DNA of 63,556 nt, filler included, from an uncultured Methanosarcinales archaeon (lineage in GTDB: Archaea > Nanobdellota > Nanobdellia > Woesearchaeales > CAYNLP01): the NCBI GenBank assembly GCA_964398115.1. It is 3 parts of 3 records of this genome, joined end to end, with 100 filler letters (N's around TTAATTAATTAA, not from the genome) between each part and the next. Parts side by side here need not be neighbours in the genome. Positions count along the whole stretch, not along the records: positions 52,648 to 63,556 come from CAYNLP010000027.1; 2 more parts are not named here. One strand, written 5' to 3'. Within the stretch, counting starts at the first letter, position 1, and every line of letters begins with the position of its first letter. A program made the translations under genes and the position numbers. Below the pieces are notes generated by a model that did not search any database, was not told where the DNA came from, and saw nothing but the letters and a program-made list of their open reading frames with translations. Of the stretch, positions 57,491 to 63,556 are shown piece by piece.

Positions 57491-58975
57491 CTAATCAAGT
57501 TTGAGAGATCCGAGGTAGTACTCAGACATTTTCTTTCCTATTTCGTGAACGTTTTCGATATCGTTATCAACCATCCATTGCAGGATTTTTTCTTTCTGCT
57601 TTAAGTCAAAGTGTATTTCATCTTCTGTCATTCCTGTGTAGAGTTTTAATTGTTCAATCATGGTTTCTGACTCGTTCACTTTTTCTATCTTGTCTTCTTG
57701 CGCGTTTAATCTCATCAACACGTTTGGATCGCCGTTTGGTAGTATTTCAGCAATTTGTAAAGTTCGTCGGTTACCTGTCCTTCTATTTCTGTTTTGAACT
57801 ACGATGAGGGATAGACTTGAAATCATCGGCTTTGGTATGTCAATTGGGGGATTGGTAAGTCTGGTTATTACTTCTTCTGCGTTGTTTGCGTGTAGCGTGC
57901 TGTAGACGGAGTGTCCGGTGTGTACTGCTTCAAGCATTACTTCTGCTTCTTTCTTCCTTCTGACTTCTCCTACTAGGATTCGGTCGGGTCGCATTCGCAA
58001 GCTGTTTACAACGAGGTCGAGCATGCTCACACCGCCTTTACCTTCTGGGTTAGGCAGCCTAGTCTCTAACGGCACCCAGTGAAGGTTTTTCGGCAGTGTG
58101 AGTTCTCTCGTGCCCTCGATGCTTACAATCCTTTGATTTGGCGGGAAGAAGTTGCTTATGACGTTAAGCATAGAAGTTTTTCCTGATCCTGTTCCTCCCG
58201 CTATCAGTATTGAAAGTTCGTTCTGTGCTGCTAACCATAGTAATGCTGCTGCTTCTACATTTATGGTTCCTATTTTGATGAATTTGGTGATAGTCCATGG
58301 GTCTTCTGCGAATTTTCTGATGGTTAGCGTGTTTCCTTTTGTTGATATTGGTTCGAGGGTTGCGTTTACACGATCTCCACTTTCTAGGTGTGCGTCCATT
58401 AGTGGGTTTAGGTTGGTTATTTCTTTGCCTACGTTTCTTCCTATCATGGTTGCGTAGTGTCTGATGCGGTCTTCGCTTAATATTCGGATGTTTGTTTCTA
58501 GCCAGCCGTGTTCTTGGTGGTATACCCATACTGGTTCTTTGTGGTTGTTAACTACGATTTCTTCTAGTCTTTTGTCTTCTAGTAGGATTTCTATCTTTCC
58601 TAATCCTAGGTTTTCTTCTAAGAGGTAGTTTATGAGCATGTTAGTTGTGTCTTCATCAGTGTTTGGGAAGTATTTGTCGATTAAGTTTCTGATTTCTTTC
58701 TTGAACTTGTCTCGGATGTCTTCTGCTTCGTTATCGCTCAGGTCTCGGATGTCTTGTAAGTTTATTTTGTTGATGAATTCTTCTCTTATCTTTTCTAGTA
58801 TTACTTTGGTGGTGTCAGAAATGTTGGTTATGTTAACTATGTATTTGGGTACTGCTTCTTCTTCGAACCATTCTATTCTTATCTCAACTGCTATTTTGTT
58901 GACGGTGATTTGGTAGTTGTCAATTAGTCTTTTTTCTTTCTCGTTTTGATCTTCGTCTAGTTGTTGGTTAACCAT
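57491..58975 (-). CDS. TadA/CpaF pilus assembly ATPase
   Basis: GGTGSGKTS, LRMRPDRILVGEVR, TGHSVYSTLHA. Confidence 0.93.
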   Translation of the reverse strand: MVNQQLDEDQNEKEKRLIDNYQITVNKIAVEIRIEWFEEEAVPKYIVNITNISDTTKVILEKIREEFINKINLQDIRDLSDNEAEDIRDKFKKEIRNLIDKYFPNTDEDTTNMLINYLLEENLGLGKIEILLEDKRLEEIVVNNHKEPVWVYHQEHGWLETNIRILSEDRIRHYATMIGRNVGKEITNLNPLMDAHLESGDRVNATLEPISTKGNTLTIRKFAEDPWTITKFIKIGTINVEAAALLWLAAQNELSILIAGGTGSGKTSMLNVISNFFPPNQRIVSIEGTRELTLPKNLHWVPLETRLPNPEGKGGVSMLDLVVNSLRMRPDRILVGEVRRKKEAEVMLEAVHTGHSVYSTLHANNAEEVITRLTNPPIDIPKPMISSLSLIVVQNRNRRTGNRRTLQIAEILPNGDPNVLMRLNAQEDKIEKVNESETMIEQLKLYTGMTEDEIHFDLKQKEKILQWMVDNDIENVHEIGKKMSEYYLGSLKLD

Positions 58976-60801
58976 TATGCTCTCACCTTTCTATCTTGCA
59001 TGTTTTTACTGGTGTTGGCTAGGTGTAGTTTACTCTTGATATTGTCTAAGGTGTTGTATAGTTCTTTTCGTTCTTCATCGTCTTCTACTTTTCTCACTCT
59101 TTTTTGCAAGTCGATAAATGCGTTTTGTGCTTTGTCTACTTCATTTCTTCTGATTAAGTCTTTCACTTTTTGCACGTCTTCCCAGCAACTACTGTTTTTG
59201 GCGGTTTCGTAATCTTCTTTTGTTGTCATCTTATCTTTTTTTGCTTTCACTATTTGGTCGTGTAAGTCCATTAAGTCTCTTTTCTGACGTTCTTTTTCAT
59301 CTTGTTTTTCATCTGGGATTTGTTCAAATAAGTCTGTTAGTTTGTTGTATTGTGCTATTGCGCTTTCTACCGCGTCTTTGTCAAGGTATCTGTGCGCTTT
59401 TATCTTGCCTTGTCTTATTTTTTCTATGGTGCTTTGTTCTTTTTCTCTTTCAAAATTGCTTTTTTCTGGTGGTTTACTTTGGTTTTTTTCCATGATGTGG
59501 TCTTCTAGTTCTTTCAGGCTGTGGTGTGCTGCTACGATGTCTTTGAATAGTTCTTCTTTTTCTTTATTCGGCAGGTCTAGTTTTTCAAACTCTTTCTGGA
59601 CTTTTTTGTATTGGTTGTGTGCTTTTTTTGGTTGTTTATTTCGTATGTAGTTTTTCATTTCTTCTAGTTTTGATAATACGCTTTCTTTACTTGGCTTTGA
59701 CTGTTTGCGTGGTGTTTCTTGTTGTGGTTGTTCCGGCTGGGGTGGTTTTGGTTCTTGATTTGGAGTTTCTGGTTCTGAATCTTTTTTAGAGGGTGGTTTT
59801 GGAGGTTTTTGTGGTTTTTTACTTTCTTCGTCAGGGGTTGGTGGGGAGGATGTGTCTTTTTCTGGTTCATCTACGCCTGGTGGAGGGGTTGGTTTTTGTG
59901 GAGTCTCTGATTTTTCATTAGTTTCTTCTTGTTTTGTACTTGTTTGTTGGTCTTCTGAATTCGTCGTCTTTTTGCTTTCTTCTTCAGGTTTTTGGCTTTT
60001 TTGAGAAATATCTTGCGTTTCTTGTTTTTTATCTTGTGAAGAGGTGTCTTTTTGTAATTGTTCGGGAACTTTTTCGTCTTCCATTTGGTCAGCGGTTTTT
60101 CGTATTTGGTAATAGCAGGTTATTATTTCGTCGTATATTTCTTTTCTGGCGTTTTCAAACCTTTCAGGGATTTTTCGGAAATCTTCTTTTATATTTCGGT
60201 ATAGAATGACTGCTGCGTAGACATCTTTTTTGTCAAGTAGTTTTTCGATACGGTCTATGTTTGTTCTTATGCTTTCGACCAGTTCTTCTTTTCTTTTTCT
60301 TTGTTCTTTTATGTTTTCTATTTGTTGTTCTCTTTCTTGTTGTTCGGAATCACTTTCTTTGTCAGGTGTTTCTTCTATTCCTGGCTTTTTAGGTTTTTTA
60401 GGTGGTTTTCTCTCTTTTTCTTCCTTTTCTTTTCCTGGTTTTTCCGGTAGGTTTATTCCTAATTCTTCTGGTGTGTCTGGTTCTTTTTCAACGGGATTTT
60501 GTTCTAGGTAGTCTGAAATTTTGTTCCAGACGTTTTTCATGATATAGTATGCTTTTTTCTGATCGGTGCTGTTTTCTGGGAAGGTGTTGTATTCTTCTTT
60601 GAGGTCTACGAATATTTGCCTTGCTTCGTCTAGTTGTCCTTTTTCTAAGGCTTGGTCTGCTTTTTCTTCGTAGTCTCTGCTTAGGTCGAAAGCGGTCATT
60701 TCGTCTTCTCTGACCATTCCTGGACTTTCTTCTTTTCTCTCGTTCGCTTTTAAGTCTAGGAATTCTTGCATATCTTTTTCTATGAATTTTTCGAGTTTCA
60801 T
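58975..60801 (-). CDS. Repeat protein: five helical-bundle modules with Pro/Glu/Lys-rich linkers
   Basis: Repeated pattern such as LDKKDVYAAVILYRNIKEDFRKIPE; translationally coupled to tadA. Confidence 0.75.
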   Translation of the reverse strand: MKLEKFIEKDMQEFLDLKANERKEESPGMVREDEMTAFDLSRDYEEKADQALEKGQLDEARQIFVDLKEEYNTFPENSTDQKKAYYIMKNVWNKISDYLEQNPVEKEPDTPEELGINLPEKPGKEKEEKERKPPKKPKKPGIEETPDKESDSEQQEREQQIENIKEQRKRKEELVESIRTNIDRIEKLLDKKDVYAAVILYRNIKEDFRKIPERFENARKEIYDEIITCYYQIRKTADQMEDEKVPEQLQKDTSSQDKKQETQDISQKSQKPEEESKKTTNSEDQQTSTKQEETNEKSETPQKPTPPPGVDEPEKDTSSPPTPDEESKKPQKPPKPPSKKDSEPETPNQEPKPPQPEQPQQETPRKQSKPSKESVLSKLEEMKNYIRNKQPKKAHNQYKKVQKEFEKLDLPNKEKEELFKDIVAAHHSLKELEDHIMEKNQSKPPEKSNFEREKEQSTIEKIRQGKIKAHRYLDKDAVESAIAQYNKLTDLFEQIPDEKQDEKERQKRDLMDLHDQIVKAKKDKMTTKEDYETAKNSSCWEDVQKVKDLIRRNEVDKAQNAFIDLQKRVRKVEDDEERKELYNTLDNIKSKLHLANTSKNMQDRKVRA

Positions 60802-61298
60802 TATGCGCTAAGTAGTTTTTCTTTGTATTCCTGCCATAGTTCTTGCTGGTTGTCTAGTCCTCTCTTTGAGGCTTCTTTCATGAAGAAGTCTTTTTTCTTT
60901 TCTAGAGCTTTTTCTACGTGGTTTGTCCATAAGCTGTTTAGGTTTTTCTGTGGGATGTTTTTGTCTTGTGCTTTGTCCATAAAGTCTTCTTTTATTCCTT
61001 CTAGATTTTGTATTTGTTCTTCTTCTTTTTCTTCTTCCTCTTGGTCTGGTGTGTTTAAGTATATGTATGGTTTGGTGAATTTGTATTCTACTCCTACTAT
61101 TTGTTCTTCGACTAAGAAGTCTACCCATTGCTGTACGACGTCGAGGTCTACGTCTAGTTCTTCTGCGGCTTCTGCCATGGGGATTTTTTCTTGTGTTTTT
61201 AGTAGTTCGAGAAGTTGATCTACGTCTGTGGTTAGTTTTTCGTCGTCTTCGAGACGTTCTTCATCTAGAACTTCTCCACCTCTTATTTGTTCATCCAT
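60801..61298 (-). CDS. Winged-HTH-like protein, first gene of the Tad operon
   Basis: TDVDQLLELL...IPMAEAAEELDV...VQQWVDFLVEEQIV. Confidence 0.7.
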   Translation of the reverse strand: MDEQIRGGEVLDEERLEDDEKLTTDVDQLLELLKTQEKIPMAEAAEELDVDLDVVQQWVDFLVEEQIVGVEYKFTKPYIYLNTPDQEEEEKEEEQIQNLEGIKEDFMDKAQDKNIPQKNLNSLWTNHVEKALEKKKDFFMKEASKRGLDNQQELWQEYKEKLLSA

Positions 61299-61398
61299 GA
61301 ATTTTTACACCGTAGAGTGTCTTGGGGGGCTGCCTTGAGTCCTTTATTGACGAGGACCTTATTTAAAACTTGTTTATTATTCCCAAGTAGTAGTTAAT

Positions 61399-62412
61399 TT
61401 AACATCCTGGTTGTTCCGTCCAGTTCTCGCTTTGTATGTTGAAATTGACTAAGTGTTTGTCATCCATCCGTATACCATCTAATACAGGTACAGGATCAGG
61501 GGGTGGTGAAGTGCTAATGTCGTAAACTGTTGAACAGTTAAATCTAACAACGTTTTCTAAATAGTCATAGTAGTAGTGATCTATTTGTGACACGTTTTCG
61601 ACCTTGTTCACACCACTGTGTACATTTTCAGAAAATACGGTTTCTATACCGCAGCATGTGCTGTTTGAAAGTTGTCCTGCATATCTCATAAGTAGTGAAG
61701 GTGCGTCTTCATGATACCTGTAATCGGAGCTTCTTGTAAAGTTTGACAAGTTTTCTTTATTCCATCCTGACGGTTCTATATGGGTTTCATAGATTTCGTT
61801 GTCGACGTCTCGGTAGTATAAAGTCATCGGTTCGTTGATTCCTTGTATGGAAACTGCTGTGGATACAGTCACGTTTCTATTGACTTTTGCGAAGAAGTCT
61901 CCTACTGAGTAGTTTAGTGTCATTTTCGCGTTTATTTGGAAGGGGAATTTTTGTGAAACGTTTATTTCTTCTATGCTGTAGTTTAGTTTTAAGTTCATTT
62001 TAGAGTGGCTTAGGTTTTGTAGTTCGTCAAGCCAGTACGAAATGGTAATGTTTTCTCGTTGGTTTTGAGCCGAACAATTATGTTTCTCTCCAGCCAAATT
62101 AAGGGTTGCATTTATCATGCATTGTTTAAGATTAGATTTGACATCATCAACTGAGTTGAAGAATGCATCGTTTTCTTCTACTTCGTCAGACATGTAGATT
62201 AGTGATCGGTACAGGCTTGTTCTTAGAGCGTCTCTGGAAAAGCTTTCGAATGTTTGTGCTTGTCTGTCTATTATCCCTACCCGGAATCTTATGGTTTCTG
62301 TTTCTGAATCTAGGGGGACGGTGGTTTGTCCGCTGAAAGTTAGTATTAGGAATGAACTTACTACGAGGCTTACGAGGGTGAAGAGGACTCCTTTCTTGTT
62401 CAGGTGGTCCAT
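61399..62412 (-). CDS. Pilin-like secreted protein (class III-like signal), many N-glycosylation sequons
   Basis: NKKG-VLFTLVSL hydrophobic segment; numerous NxS/T. Confidence 0.7.
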   Translation of the reverse strand: MDHLNKKGVLFTLVSLVVSSFLILTFSGQTTVPLDSETETIRFRVGIIDRQAQTFESFSRDALRTSLYRSLIYMSDEVEENDAFFNSVDDVKSNLKQCMINATLNLAGEKHNCSAQNQRENITISYWLDELQNLSHSKMNLKLNYSIEEINVSQKFPFQINAKMTLNYSVGDFFAKVNRNVTVSTAVSIQGINEPMTLYYRDVDNEIYETHIEPSGWNKENLSNFTRSSDYRYHEDAPSLLMRYAGQLSNSTCCGIETVFSENVHSGVNKVENVSQIDHYYYDYLENVVRFNCSTVYDISTSPPPDPVPVLDGIRMDDKHLVNFNIQSENWTEQPGC

Positions 62413-62900
62413 AGGTACACCTCAACCAGTTTTGGCCCGTAGACGAGTGTTCGGTTTACGTTTACCATAGAGATTTTTCTTGTAGCGAGTGATAGTGGTG
62501 CTTCTTCGCGAGGGGTTATTTTTTGTTCGTATGTGACGTTTCCGTCATATTTGAATTGGAAGTTGAATTGGCTTGGTACGGAAGATACTACTATCTCCCG
62601 TGTGAAGTTTTCAGCTAGTTGGGTTTGGTTGTGAGCGTAGAATATAGCTATTTGTTCGAATAACGTGACGGTTGGGTCTGTTATGTTACCCTGTTTTATC
62701 AGTGTTTGTGTGTAGTTTCCTCGGAAGTCTCTGACTTGAGTGTTTTGGATGTAGCTTAGGAAGTCTTCCATTATGGTGAGTGGTTGCCTTCCCGGGTCTC
62801 CTTCTGAATAACTGTTTAGTATTACTACTAGACTAACAACTATTATGATTGCTCCTAAGAAAGCGTCTAAGACGAAAAAGTATACACCTCTTTTATCCAT
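62400..62900 (-). CDS. Minor pilin-like protein (class III-like signal)
   Basis: MDKRG-VYFFVLDA + hydrophobic helix. Confidence 0.7.
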   Translation of the reverse strand: MDKRGVYFFVLDAFLGAIIIVVSLVVILNSYSEGDPGRQPLTIMEDFLSYIQNTQVRDFRGNYTQTLIKQGNITDPTVTLFEQIAIFYAHNQTQLAENFTREIVVSSVPSQFNFQFKYDGNVTYEQKITPREEAPLSLATRKISMVNVNRTLVYGPKLVEVYLWTT

Positions 62901-62938
62901 AACACTTATTGTTTTTGAGAATCTTTCTATAAAAACTT

Positions 62939-63556
62939 TTAGATGTTTATCTCTTCACCGTCAACTTCTACTATTGGGTCGTAGAATACTTGGTCTAAGT
63001 GTATGATTGCGTAGATGCTTCCGCCGAACCAGTAATTGCTTCCTATGGCGAAGTGGGCAGTTCCAGCTACTTTCTCATCTACTACTGTGCATCCTATAAC
63101 GTTAGCGTTTGGATTTAGTCCTATGCCGAATTCTCCTATTCTTCTCACACCCCAAGGGTATTTGGCGTTTTTATGCGCCCACCTGAGGGTGTCTTCTAAT
63201 TCTTCGCTTTGCGGGGTGTCGTTCATCGCCACTACTGTTCCTTTTTTCACTGTCATCTCTATTGGTTCTTCTACGAGTTGTGTTCCGTGTCGTGTTCTCA
63301 TACTCGCGTCTATCACTATCTTGCCTTCTACGTTGTCTTTCTTAGGTGGGATATATGTTTCCGTGCCGGGAAGGTTTCCACCGGTTCCAGGTTCGCGGTA
63401 TATGCCGTCGCTAACTACGGCTTCCATTCCTTCTACGTTGTATTTTAGGTCTGTGCCTTTTTCTGTCTTGACGTGGATTTCTTCAGCTGGGTCAAAGATT
63501 TCTTTTAGTTCTTGTGCTTGTTCGCTGAGTTTTTCATAGTCGACGTCGTATGCGTT
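62939..63556 (-). CDS. M29-family aminopeptidase, 5' end outside the window
   Basis: GNLPGTE, IGEFGIGLNP, DEKVAGTAHFAIGSN, IHLD. Confidence 0.88.
   Translation of the reverse strand, partial: NAYDVDYEKLSEQAQELKEIFDPAEEIHVKTEKGTDLKYNVEGMEAVVSDGIYREPGTGGNLPGTETYIPPKKDNVEGKIVIDASMRTRHGTQLVEEPIEMTVKKGTVVAMNDTPQSEELEDTLRWAHKNAKYPWGVRRIGEFGIGLNPNANVIGCTVVDEKVAGTAHFAIGSNYWFGGSIYAIIHLDQVFYDPIVEVDGEEINI

Overview
Archaeal DNA, most consistent with a DPANN (Woesearchaeota-like) genome bin. Support: rpo7, spt4, rps24e, rps27ae, TFB, aCPSF1, psmB, rfcL, a class-I CCA enzyme, BRE/TATA promoters, class III pilins and many acidic proteins. The window is three contigs joined by artificial N-TTAATTAATTAA-N linkers (26595-26694, 52548-52647), plus four 10-N gaps. 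It holds a surface-protein trio, four tRNAs (Trp with two introns, Gly, Leu, Phe), two toxin-antitoxin pairs, two type IV pilus/Tad-type secretion loci, housekeeping genes and a GCS2 ligase + ATP-grasp + C39-like cluster. The strongest candidate for an undescribed system is a two-gene operon at 22363-25603: a MORC-like GHKL ATPase and a complete bacterial sigma70-family factor, both apparently with extra winged-helix modules, behind an archaeal TATA box and abutting a secretion ATPase/platform locus. Also notable are the double-intron tRNA-Trp with a minimal C/D guide, a recurring ~18-20 bp operator, a 29/30-identical dispersed intergenic element and an orientation-independent saw-tooth strand skew. 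All family calls come from motif recognition by eye; no searches were run.
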